A stretch of DNA of 62,527 bases, filler included, from Porpidia crustulata (Eukaryota): the NCBI GenBank assembly GCA_964255105.1. It is 9 parts of 9 records of this genome, joined end to end, with 100 filler letters (N's around TTAATTAATTAA, not from the genome) between each part and the next. Parts side by side here need not be neighbours in the genome. Positions count along the whole stretch, not along the records: positions 6,984 to 13,850 come from CAXUWE010001437.1; positions 13,951 to 20,814 come from CAXUWE010001438.1; positions 20,915 to 27,777 come from CAXUWE010001439.1; 6 more parts are not named here. One strand, given 5' to 3'. Every line of letters starts with the position of its first letter. Within the stretch, counting starts at the first letter, position 1. The translations under genes and the position numbers were made by a program. The notes beneath the pieces were generated by a model that was not told the origin of the DNA, did no database searches, and was given only the letters and a program-made list of their open reading frames with translations. Of this stretch, positions 12,640 through 24,157 are shown in pieces.

Positions 12640-13950
12640 CCTGCCATGTTTTTTTACATGGGGGCTTGCGTTGTCACAGCTCGAGAGCGGAAGCGCGTTC
12701 TGTTGATTCGGGTCAAAGCTGTTGGCAGGATTTTCAAGCAACAGAAGCTTCACCGTTTGGATGAATTCCGGACTGTGGCCGGGTTTTCCAGAGGAGGAAA
12801 GGAAAATTCGTGACCGCGTCGCGTGAGATTTTTTTTTCCGATGTGACAAGACTAGGCGTAGTCAACAGCTTGTACAGATCGAGGGCCGACGAACAATATC
12901 GCCGAAGTTTGTCGTGAGAGTGATCCTCCCGGTTTTGCCGGTTCCAGACCGATTGAAGGGGGGTTTCATCGCTATGAGTTGGCGAGCAGAGATCTACCAC
13001 ATACCGAGAGACCTTTTCAAACGAAAATCTCGATTTTTTTTTTCCGGTGAGCGCTTCTCGGGGCTTCTTTTTGAAAAAAATTGATTTCCCCCCCACGGAT
13101 GTTGCGAGGGTGGTCGTCGGGATACGAAGGTCATCGAACGGATCTGAGTCTGACGTCCTTTGTCGATCTCGGTTCTTGAGAAAATGGATGGGATTTTGAT
13201 GTTGACCGGTTGAATCGTTTTTCGTTTGTGAGACTAGGTCGGTTTTTTTTTTCTTTTTTCTTGTTACCATGGAATATTGTTTGTTATTCTTTTTTGGGGG
13301 GGGGTTTCTTTTTGTTTCTTTTTTTTTGGTCTTTTGGTTTTTTTTCTTTTCTTTTTTTTGGTTTTCGGGTTTGAGGGCACGTCGTTCTAGATTTGCATGC
13401 ACGACGCTGAGACGTCGTCGATTTCGGCGGGATGGGTTGCGTACGGAGAAGAGCTCGCTGACGAGGTCGGCGGACGGACGATTTGAGATTTCGGGGTTTG
13501 GTGGGGTTTGAGCTTGGTGTTGGTGGCGGTGGTATGGTTGGATGTGGAGGAAGTCGGTTGGGCTGGTGGGGTTTGGTGGGTTTGAGCTGCCTCGGTGGCA
13601 TGGCCGTATGTATGTGGGTCGATTGGGCTGGTGTAGATAGACGTGGATTGAGATGGGTGTCGATCATCCCAGGAGGGGGGTTGTTTCTTTTTTTAAAAGT
13701 GTAAACGTCGCAGGGGCACACCGATTGACCTCTTTTTTTTTTGGTTTTCAAGCGAGATTTTGATCTTTGCGCTTTTTAGAGCGATTTTCATGGAGTTTTG
13801 GGGGTTCATCCGTTGGGTTTTTTTGAAATGCGGTATTAAGTATATATATGNNNNNNNNNNNNNNNNNNNNNNNNNNNNNNNNNNNNNNNNNNNNTTAATT
13901 AATTAANNNNNNNNNNNNNNNNNNNNNNNNNNNNNNNNNNNNNNNNNNNN

Positions 13951-14312
13951 AAGCCGTCCATTGCGATGCCGGCGTTGTTGATCACGGCGTCGATGCCGCT
14001 GGGATGCTCGTTTTTGAGAAATGCTGCAAAGTCTTCGATGCTTGCGCTATCGCTGATATCCAGTGGCTTTAACCTCACTGTAGCTAATCCCCCATCCTGT
14101 GCTAAGGCTTTCGCCTTTTTCAATTGAGCATCATTGTGGATGCTCTCGAGGGCTGCTTCACCGCGGGGTTTGTCACGGGCAGTAAGGTAGATGAGGAAGG
14201 GCCCGTTGTTGAAGGCGGATTTGGGGTATTGAAGCGCGAGATTCCGCACGATGGCGAGGCCAATGCCTTTATTTGCGCCGGTCACGGCGGCCACGCGGGT
14301 GAAGGTGGACAT
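13951..14312 (-). CDS. Short-chain dehydrogenase, carbonyl reductase-like, 3' truncated
   Basis: VAAVTGANKGIG (TGxxxGxG), YLTARD, LDISD and INNAGI. Confidence 0.92.
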
Positions 14313-14872
14313 CTTGAGTGAGGCGGAAGAGGGCGGGAAGGATGGGGATGTTCGGTGTATAAATGGCGTTTTGATTGATAATGTATAAGTCGAGACGTTG
14401 ACGAGTGTATGGCAGGGGGTAGGGGACTACTAGGAAGTCGATGCGGTCATCGTAACCCTAAGTGCTCGCTTATATCTGATGCTTTGACAAAGCCGAAAGA
14501 GGAATGTTCTCAATCTCTCGTAGAGTTTTGAGAGTATGATATCTTTATGCCTGGCTAGCATACTGTGGCCACTATTCAAATTGAAACATCATGAGCAGAT
14601 GCTTTGATTGAACACAATGGCGCACCCAATCGATGCATAGAATTTGCAAAACTTCTTTTTTTTGAAGGGGGTTCTACGAATTAACGGAACAAAGTCCTAC
14701 TCGCCAGAATGGACGAGCTTGTCCGTGCTGATCAGCCATAACAAGCCAGAGAACACCCGTTTATCAAGACAATCAAGGATCGCGCAAAAGACCTCTTTAA
14801 AGCTCCGACAGATAAGATACCACATAAGGCTAACAGACCAATCCACCCATCGTCGACTTCCTTTGGATCTCC

Positions 14873-17094
14873 TCATAACGTGACTTCGACTCTTCCCTCG
14901 TTACCCGGCGCAGCACCTCCTGCGAGGTTGGGCAACAAGTAGGTAATGTCGTCCCACGGATGTCTGTAGAGCCCGGTCCTCAGCCGCTTCTGGTCTAAGT
15001 AATGGGCAATCAACCCGATGCTTCTGCCGAGAACAAACAACCCGTTCAACACACCCATACTCAAGTAATCCTCGGCCTCTTCGGCGCTGAAGGCCCCGCA
15101 GTTGCGCATTAGGTCGACGAAACAAACAGCGACACAACCATCAACGTTAAGAATGAGGTTGTCTTTCTTGGAAGTAGTGACAGTCTCAACAGCAATGGCG
15201 TAATCGAGCATTTTGCAGCTGGGGAATCGCTTGTGGACGAATTCCTTGACGAGTTCAACACGAAGATCGGGATTATTGCGAGATTTGACCTTGTGGCCAA
15301 TGCCGGGAACTGTGATGGTTAGAGGGAAACTTAAATGGGAAGAGTTCATGGAAACTTACTGAGTTTGTTTTCTTTCCTCATGGTGTCAACAAAGTCACGG
15401 GGACTGAGACCCTTGTCGAAGGCCTTGGTGAACTCATCAGCAGCGCCGTCGAGAGCACCACCAAACCTTGAACCAATTGTTAAAAGGCCAGAGACTAAGG
15501 CGCTAATAAGGTCCTTCCCTGCTCTTGTGGTGATGATAGTGTTCATGGCTCCAGAGACGGCAGGGCCGTGGTCGGCAGTCAACATCAGGACCATCTCAAG
15601 GAAGCGGCTGGCGTAATCTGGCAGGCGACGACGGAACCAAAGCAATGACATGACTCCTCCAATACCAATCTCCTCCCTGAAAACATCAGAAATGGGCATA
15701 CCGGCATACAGAAGTTCCTGTCCACGATCATCGGAGATAGTAGAAATGAATGCCGCGGGTTTACGGATAAGCCCAAGCTCTTGTGCCCAGGAGTAATCAA
15801 TGGGAATCTTGGGTGGAATGGGTTCGGGTTGTGGTTTGATAGTACCTTGCTTGACTAATTTCTGGTATACCTGAGACAGAAGATCAGGCATCTCCTCGAA
15901 GGTGTCTGGTACATAGAAACCAGCCTCCTTCATGGACTTGTTCTTCATGGCGGCGGTTTCGAGCTGGGAGTTGGCGAACGAACCAGCGTGACCGAACTGG
16001 ACCTCCGTCTTGAACATACTGGCGCAAGTACCGATGGCCCAGGCAACGACAGGCTTGGTGATCTTTCCGTTCTTCACAGCCTCAATGACGCGGTACTCCT
16101 CAACGCCTCCAACCTCGCCGAGGAGAAGCAAGAGTTTGCACTCAGGGTCCGCCTGATACCGAAGCATGTGGTCAATAAAAGTCGTTCCGGGGTATCGGTC
16201 ACCGCCAATAGCAACACCCTCATAGACACCATCGGTGGTATTGGATATGATGTTATTCAGCTCGTTGGACATACCTCCCGATTTCGAGACGTAGCCCACA
16301 GACCCCTTGCGATACAATTTCGAGGCAACAATATTGTCCATCATTCCTCCGGTGTTACCGATCTTGAACGCTCCAGGCTTGATGCCACCAACAGTAGCTG
16401 GGCCAATAATGGTGATGCCCTTCTTTTGTGCTACGTGCAGGATCTCGCGAGCTCGTCGCTCCGGTACACCTTCGGCGATAATGGCGATTGACTTGACTTG
16501 GGGGAATTCCATGAGCTCCATCGTTGAGCTATACACACTACGCGATGACGCAAAGTTCACCACCGTGTCCACATCGTCATGCTTTGCTATGGCTTTCTGG
16601 ACATCTTGGTAAACGGGTAGAAGAGTTTCGCTTGTTCCCCAGTACCTGGAATCACCCATAAGTATTTCCACCTTTTTAATACCTATAGGTACTTGTCCAT
16701 GGGTCCAGTACTCACATTTTGCTAACGAATTGACCGCCGAAAGTGTAGATAATACCAGCGACGGAAGGGGTTTTCCGCTTGCAGATGAAGTCAAAATCTA
16801 GCATTCCCTGCACAGCACGCGGCTGTAACCCACTAAGCAAAGATGTCAATTGAGACGTGACCCTTCGCTCGAAAAGAAAGTTGCTTACTAGACGAAGCAT
16901 CGAGTCTTGTCGTGGAAGAGGGTATGCTCAGCACGAGGACTGAGTGGCCGACTAGGAGCTACGAAACGGCGGATATTGTCGTTGGCGGATGCTCCCACTC
17001 TAGCATTTGAGGTGCCGTTGGCGCCATTTGTATCGGAAGCTGAAGTGCTCGCTGCCATGGGCGTGCCATTGGTGACCGGTGTTGCTGAAGGCAT
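14873..17094 (-). CDS. ACL1: ATP-citrate lyase subunit 1 (CoA-binding/ligase plus citryl-CoA lyase domains)
   Basis: Spliced ...[37 protein letters not shown] (phospho-His), [19 protein letters not shown] and LYRHPWDDI. Confidence 0.97.
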
Positions 17095-18150
17095 GGTGGT
17101 TTTGATCTGGATATTTTTGTGGCAGATGTTCTAGAAAAGTACGGAGGACGATCAGCTCTCAATCCAGGTCTATCGAAGCTGCACAGTCACGCCAGGTCAA
17201 TTTCGACTAAGTAAACAAACTTTGAATCTTTGATCTTACTAAAATGATGACTTGCAATGACGGTGACCGAGATTTGCAGAACCCCGAGTTGAAGTTATAC
17301 GAAAGGCGGTAAGAAGAGCTAATAGTTTTATGATGGCATGAAATGTTCACGATCGCAGTTACTACCCTGTTGAGAATACCTTCCAAGTCCCAAAGTAATT
17401 GTTGTAGTTCTGGTCAAGCTCAATCAACGGATTTAATCGGAAGAGCAGGAGCTTCTCGGTCGATAGCTGTTCGCTTTCCCACCTTTCCCGAAGCTATCGG
17501 GATTTCTGTGTTGAGCTTAAGGCTGGGGTGGACTTAGCTTGAATCAGCCTAGCGTCTCACAGATTTGATGACACCCGAGGACCGTTCGGCGAATGCGCTG
17601 CCAGGTTTCCCAATCGGGTGGGAGGTGAAAACCTACTTTAGGATGCGGAGTGTGAATGGCAAGGAGAAGCGCGTGAAAACTTAGATATCAGAGTGTTACT
17701 CCTTCGTTCTTTTCAACTATTTGATTCCTCTACTCTGGAACTCACTCCGGTCCATAAAACGGTGATAGGGCTGCAAGTATTAGCTTCCTTATCGCAAGGC
17801 GGGCCTTTTCCCCCGACCCAACAGTCAGCTTCTGTGAGCTTCACTAGCGGTGAGTTTAGAGGAAGTCATCCCCGGGCCCTTCTTTCCGCATCTTTTGTGG
17901 CCCGATTAAGCAATTGCAGCTTGGCACAACTTGACATCGAGTGAATACACATTTCTGCCATCCTCTGAAAGCTTTCCCAGCCTTGAAAGACATCTTGCAA
18001 CCTGAATACTACTGAAGGCTGATACCTTGGAAGCTTCGAATTAGGACATAATAACGATTGTAAGCGGGCTAGAGCCCCAGCAAATCAATTTAGTAACTGA
18101 GCAGAGATACTGATAAACTACAGCTCTTTGATCGTACCTAGGAGCTTAAG

Positions 18151-19784
18151 ATGGCCGCCAAATCTATTCTTGAAGCTGATGGCAAGGCGATACTTAACTA
18201 CCACCTCACAAGAGCTCCTGTCATAAAACCAACGCCTCTCCCAGCGTCTAAGACTCACAATCCACCCACAAGGCTTGCTTCGTTATATTTCCCGGAAAAT
18301 GCTAGTCCGCAGTCTATCCTTGACCAAGCTGAGGTGACATATCCCTGGCTGTTGGCAAAAGATGCGAAATTCGTCGCAAAGCCAGATCAATTGATTAAGC
18401 GTCGTGGCAAGAGTGGATTACTAGCTCTGAACAAAACATGGCCCGAAGCAAAGGCGTGGGTTCAGGAGCGTGCCGGAAAATCTCAGAAAGTCGAAACCGT
18501 CCAGGGCGTGCTTAGGCAATTCCTCGTTGAGCCTTTTGTACCGCATCCCGCCGACACTGAGTATTATATCAACATCAACTCCGTCCGTGATGTATGTGCC
18601 AATATCTTCTATTTGCATTCGTTCGCGGCATAGCACTTTCGAGCCATCCCAGGGTTACTGACCCCTTTGTATCAGCCATACAGCGACGAGCACTGCTAAT
18701 CAAATGGTACAGGGAGACTGGATCTTGTTCACTCATGAGGGTGGAGTAGATGTCGGCGATGTAGATGCCAAGGCCGAGAAAATACTCATTCCGGTCAATC
18801 TCAAAGACTATCCGTCGAACGAAAAAATAGCCGCTACGCTACTGAAGAAGGTTCCCAAAGGGGTCCACAACGTCCTTGTTGACTTTATCTCAAGATTATA
18901 TGCCGTCTACGTCGACTGCCAATTCACATATCTCGAAATCAACCCCCTCGTCGTTATACCTAATGCTCAAGGAACATCCGCCGAAGTTCACTTTCTTGAT
19001 CTTGCTGCCAAGCTCGACCAGACCGCGGAGTTTGAATGTGGTGTAAAATGGGCCGTAGCTCGCGGCCCTGCAGCTCTTGGCATTCCTGTAACGACTTCAA
19101 GTGGCAAGGTCAGTATTGACGCCGGTCCGCCCATGGAATTCCCAGCACCGTTTGGACGCGAAATGAGCAAGGAAGAAGCATACATTGCCGAATTAGATGC
19201 CAAGACCGGTGCGTCTCTCAAACTCACTGTCCTCAACGCCTCGGGCCGCATATGGACTCTCGTCGCTGGTGGTGGTGCTTCAGTCGTCTACGCTGATGCT
19301 ATTGCTTCTGCCGGCTTTGCCGACGAGCTTGCCAATTACGGAGAATACTCTGGTGCGCCGACGGAAACCCAGACATTCCACTACGCTCGCACTGTACTTG
19401 ACCTTATGCTACGCGCGCCCCTGCATCTGGAAGGCAAGGTCTTATTCATTGGAGGTGGTATTGCTAATTTTACTAACGTAAGCTCAACCTTAAGTCAGCT
19501 AGACAAGGATTCGCTGATATTTGTTCTAGGTCGCATCAACTTTCAAAGGTGTGATTCGCGCTCTGAGAGAATTCGCTTCCACCTTGATCGAGCATAAGGT
19601 CCAGATCTGGGTTCGTCGCGCAGGTCCCAACTATCAAGAAGGTCTCCGCAACATCAAGGCCGTCGGAGAAGAGCTCAAGCTTAGTATGCACGTGTACGGC
19701 CCGGACATGCATGTCAGCGGGATCGTGCCTATGGCACTGGCTCCCGGGAAGTTTAAGGGCGATGTTAAGGAGTTCTCGGGTTAA
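18151..19784 (+). CDS. ACL2: ATP-citrate lyase subunit 2 (ATP-grasp plus citrate-binding domains)
   Basis: [58 protein letters not shown] and [11 protein letters not shown]; two coding introns. Confidence 0.97.
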
Positions 19785-20281
19785 TTGCGTCGTACTATAG
19801 ACGGTAGGGCTGCTCGCATGCACTCGGTATTCTTTCTGCGCACTGCTGGTACCGGCGGTCACTTTCAGGCTTCGACGGTGCTCGTATGTTATTCATCAAA
19901 GCAGCGGCCGCTTTTGTGGTGAGGCAGCGAAAGCGACTGTGGCAAGGCGCTTTTTAGACATATTTGTAGCGCCAGAGTGAGTCTATTTTTCTGTGAAGAT
20001 GAGATTTGGGTCTCCGTGACAACGATATCTCGAGTCCACTTTTCTTGCGAATCATATTCTCCTTTACCATCCCTCCATCTCCTATTACTCTCGATATATG
20101 GATTTCATACACTTTTCCCCAAGACTCACTCTTTCAACCATCTCAATGACCCATCGAAATCCATTCATGTCTTCCCTTGCGTCAGCGCCAACCACCTGAC
20201 CCCTATCCATTACGCTTTATCCCTCGAACCCCCTTCTCAATCCTACACACCACCTGTTGCCCCATCGATGTGATATCAGCC

Positions 20282-20814
20282 ATGAAGTCTTCCCACCTCC
20301 TCTGCGCATGCGCGCTCGTCCTCTCGTCCAGCGCCCGCTCCGCGAACCCGTCATCCGATCTCCGTCGTACCGTGAGCCTCCTCCCCAGAACCCCTAAGAT
20401 CCCAAGTCCGTTGAACGGCTAATTTCAAAACTTACAGGATGTTGTTTCGATCACGACCCGGCAGGAGGTACCGCTGGGATGCTATGATAATGTGAATCTT
20501 GATCATGTGCACGATGGCGTGGTGGTCCCACCCGGGTGTCCGGAATTGGTGGTTGGGGTGCGGGGGAGTGGCAGCGGTAGTGCGGTGGTGAATGCCGTGA
20601 CGGCGACGGTGGCTGCGGCGGGTGTGGGTGCGGATGCGGCGTATAGTATCGACAAGGCGATAGGGGTCGGGGCCGCAGCTGCGGGTGGTGGTCAGACGCG
20701 TGTGGTCGGGAGTCCTGACCTCAGTTCGACACCGACATTTTCGCTGTTGGTGTTTGAAACCATGACGTCGAAAGATGGGAGTACGACGGTGGTAGGAGGG
20801 GCTGGGTCTACGAC
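20282..20814 (+). CDS. Putative secreted protein, 3' truncated
   Basis: Signal-peptide-like MKSSHLLCACALVLSSSARSA. Intron GTGAGC...GCTAAT...CAG joins it in frame to DVVSITTRQEVPLGCYDNV..., followed by a Gly/Ala/Val/Thr-rich region. Confidence 0.65.
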
Positions 20815-21142
20815 NNNNNNNNNNNNNNNNNNNNNNNNNNNNNNNNNNNNNNNNNNNNTTAATTAATTAANNNNNNNNNNNNNNNNNNNNNNNNNNNNNN
20901 NNNNNNNNNNNNNNCCCCTCTCCCTCCCCCTTCACTTTCATGCGCGTTAGGAAGGTGCATGCATGACAGAAAAGCACATGGCAACTGGCAACCTTGCCGA
21001 AAGATCCCTGTCGAGTGCCCATTGCTGTACCCTGTCACCTCGTTTAGCGCCTTATCGCTCGTCCCGTCTTTTTAGAGGTAGATCTGAATAGAACAATACC
21101 TTAAGTAATAATATGTGGAGTGGAGTCAGACGCACTGACTTC

Positions 21143-21177
21143 CCACTACCACTACCACTACCACTACCGCTACCACT
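21143..21177. repeat. (CCACTA)n microsatellite, about 6 units
   Basis: ccactaccactaccactaccactaccgctaccact. Confidence 0.85.
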
Positions 21178-21562
21178 TTCTAGCTGTTACTGCCATCACT
21201 CATCCTGCTACCTGTCGGTGCCACTCGGTATCGTTGCTCTGCGTATATAATCGACAATAGCCCTACTGACCTTGCCGTATCAGGGTGTCGGTGAATGCTG
21301 GCTTTGACTACATACATCCGCGCGTGATTTCGACTTCCCGAAATGAACGACAGGCCGGTGACTTGAATGTGACCAGTTGGCCTCCCTCTGCAAACACACC
21401 TTCACTGCCAGGATTCATTCTACTCATTCATGTCATTCATGAGCAAACGGCTCTGAATGTCTTGCGAATGATCTTCCTGCCGGTCTTCCCTCTCAATTGC
21501 TCGCAATTATTACGGCAGCAGATGCGTCGCGCCGCTGTCGTTACCGTTGAAATTGAGGTACA

Positions 21563-23611
21563 ATGGGTAACAGCAATGGCAAGCCCGTGGTGTTCACCGA
21601 TGAAGGTATGGACAACGGTCATCTCGCCATCAAATGATTGTCTATAAGTTTTCATAGCTCGGTTGAAACTCTCCTCGAAACTAAGGGTATCCTCCATCGC
21701 ATGCTCGTGCTGACAAAGACCTACCTACGTATAGTAAATCTCAATCATTTTCGCCTTCTACGAGTAGTAGGTAAGGGAGCATTTGGAAAAGTTCGCATCG
21801 TTGAGCGCAAAGACACGGGCTTGACGTTTGCGCTGAAATACATACGCAAGGATGAGGGTCAGTAGACACTCCTGGACTTGGCTTCTGCAAAGCTCAAAGA
21901 CTCACAAGAAGTCTAGTCGTTCGGTCCGAGAGTGTGCGGAATATTATACGGGAGAGGAGGATGCTGGAACATCTGAACCATCCGTTCCTATGTAATTTGC
22001 GATACAGCTTTCAGGACATTGAATACTTGTATGGGCCATAACGATTCCGTCACTTGTGACCATAGGCTCACGCTATTGTAGGTACATTGTCGTGGATCTC
22101 ATGAATGGCGGCGACCTCCGCTTCCATATTTCGCGGAAGACCTTCACCGAGGAGGCAGTTCGGTTCTGGATGGCGGAGCTAGGATGTGCGTTACGATATA
22201 TACACTCGCAAGGAATTGTACACCGAGACTTGAAGCCAGACAACGTCTTGCTGGATCTCGATGGTCATGTTCATCTCGCAGATTTTGTGAGTTGATCGAT
22301 GGCGAGTGTGAGAACGGAATGCTGATATGCGGCAGAATGTTGCTTCTGAGTTTACACCCGAAAAGAGGCTGCACAGTAAATCGGGAACGCTGGCATATCT
22401 TGCCCCGGAAGTATACGCGGGTACGGGTTACTTGACCGAGGTGGACTGGTGGTCTTTAGGAGTCACGTTCTACGAGTGCATCTATAATAAGGTGGGTGCC
22501 GCAATCGAGACCACCCGACCAAGTTAATGAGTTGATAGAGACCGTTCCAATCTCATGGGCACGAGAAACTGGAGAAAGAAATTTTGCGGGGTGTACCAAA
22601 TTATCCTGTGACCCAACCTCCCGTATCCATGCCATGTTTACATGCTATCAGTTCATTGCTGGAGAAGGATCGGCGAAAGCGAATAGGAGCGACTGGATTC
22701 GAGACCTTCTCACAGAATCCGTTCTTTCAGCCTATCGACTTCGAAGCTTTGGGGAAGAAGCAGGTTCCGCCTGTGTTTATACCCTCAAGCGATAAGACCA
22801 ATTTCGATGCAACTTATGACCTGGAAGAGCTACTGCTGGAGGAAGCGCCATTGGAAGCACGAGCAAGACGGCAAAAGCCGCGGGTCCAGCTCAAAGATGA
22901 TGCCACAGACAAGGAGATCAGGACCGAAGAATTGCATCGCATGATCGAAACGCTCTTTGAGCCATTCGACTACACTACAATGTCGTACGTAACGGCGCTC
23001 CTACTCATTCTGTATCTGCATCGCACTAATAGCCTTTGGATATCAGGAATTACAGGGGCCATGTCGATACACTACCATCGGATGTGACGTCTCCACCTGA
23101 ATGGATCAATCCAGCGTCGCAGTCAAGGTCCAGTACTGATGATGCGAGACTTTCTCAGCACTCGGGTTCCGCGAACGGCTCTCCGCCCATCGTGGGCTTG
23201 AACAAACAAGCGTCCCAGTCTACGCAGTCTAGCTACTTCCCTGCTTCCGAACAACCTCCGACGTCTAACCCGCAACCTCAATCTACCACTAAATCAGCTA
23301 CTAGACATCCTGCAACAGCACCGAACAAGCTACAACCCTCGAGACTGCGAGGTGGCACTCGTAGCACGTCAAAAGGCGGTGGAATGCAGGTCACACTTGA
23401 TGAGACAGGGTCGTGGTCTGAATTGGCAAATCAGAAGGCGCCCGTGCCTGGAGAAGACGCGAACGGAGAACCCAAGGGGCAACCAAAGCCACATGGAGTG
23501 TTGGGATTCCTATCGAGAAAGAAAGGAAGGGAAAGGAGCCCGAAACCACAGGAGCCGGGAGTGTTGGGGAAAGAAGGGGCCAGAGTGGTCATCAATTCTG
23601 GCGGGCGCTGA
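21563..23611 (+). CDS. AGC-group Ser/Thr kinase, YANK/STK32-like (multi-exon)
   Basis: [52 protein letters not shown] (DFN), [15 protein letters not shown] and [14 protein letters not shown]. Confidence 0.93.
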
Positions 23612-24157
23612 GAGAAGAGTGTATGTATGGTAAGTGTTGGGGAGTAGTGAAAGAATACTCATACCCGGGGATTCTCGGGTCTGCTTGCTCTGGTGCTTAA
23701 GCATATAGCGACATGGCGTTGACGAGATATGGAGTGGTGGTTACTTCGATTTGGGGTCGGATGTTGACGAGAATATGTTTGCCTAATATCCCACTCCTTT
23801 CCTGGGAATTGTTAGCATAAGGTAGCACACATAGAGGAGACATCTTTCCACGATGATTCCAAGGACTTTATTGATATTCGTTAGTCGCGCAATCGAACTT
23901 CAATTGACGCGGCTTCAACAAGAGCACGTGATAGCGTGCAAGCTTAAGGTTAAGGCTGAGCCGTATCGCTCGGCGCAACGTCATGTTTACCAAACAGTCG
24001 ACTGTCAAGCTAATAGCCTCGACCCAAACGGGACCATCACCAACAGTGGTAAAAGAGCGCAAAGACCCGCAGAGGTTTCAAACTCAATTACAAAATAGCT
24101 GCGAAGTAAGTCTATCCTCCACCCTCCAGAGCCAGACTCGGCATCAACCTTTTAACA

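Noticed and set aside
12640..13850. Lys-rich and Phe-rich ORFs (12734-13402, 13269-13511, 13284-13751)
   Set aside because: Full of irregular T/G homopolymers typical of low-quality contig-end consensus. A real gene may underlie it but cannot be read.
18592..18712. Stwintron (nested intron) in ACL2
   Set aside because: An internal branch/acceptor exists, but its removal does not regenerate a donor site.
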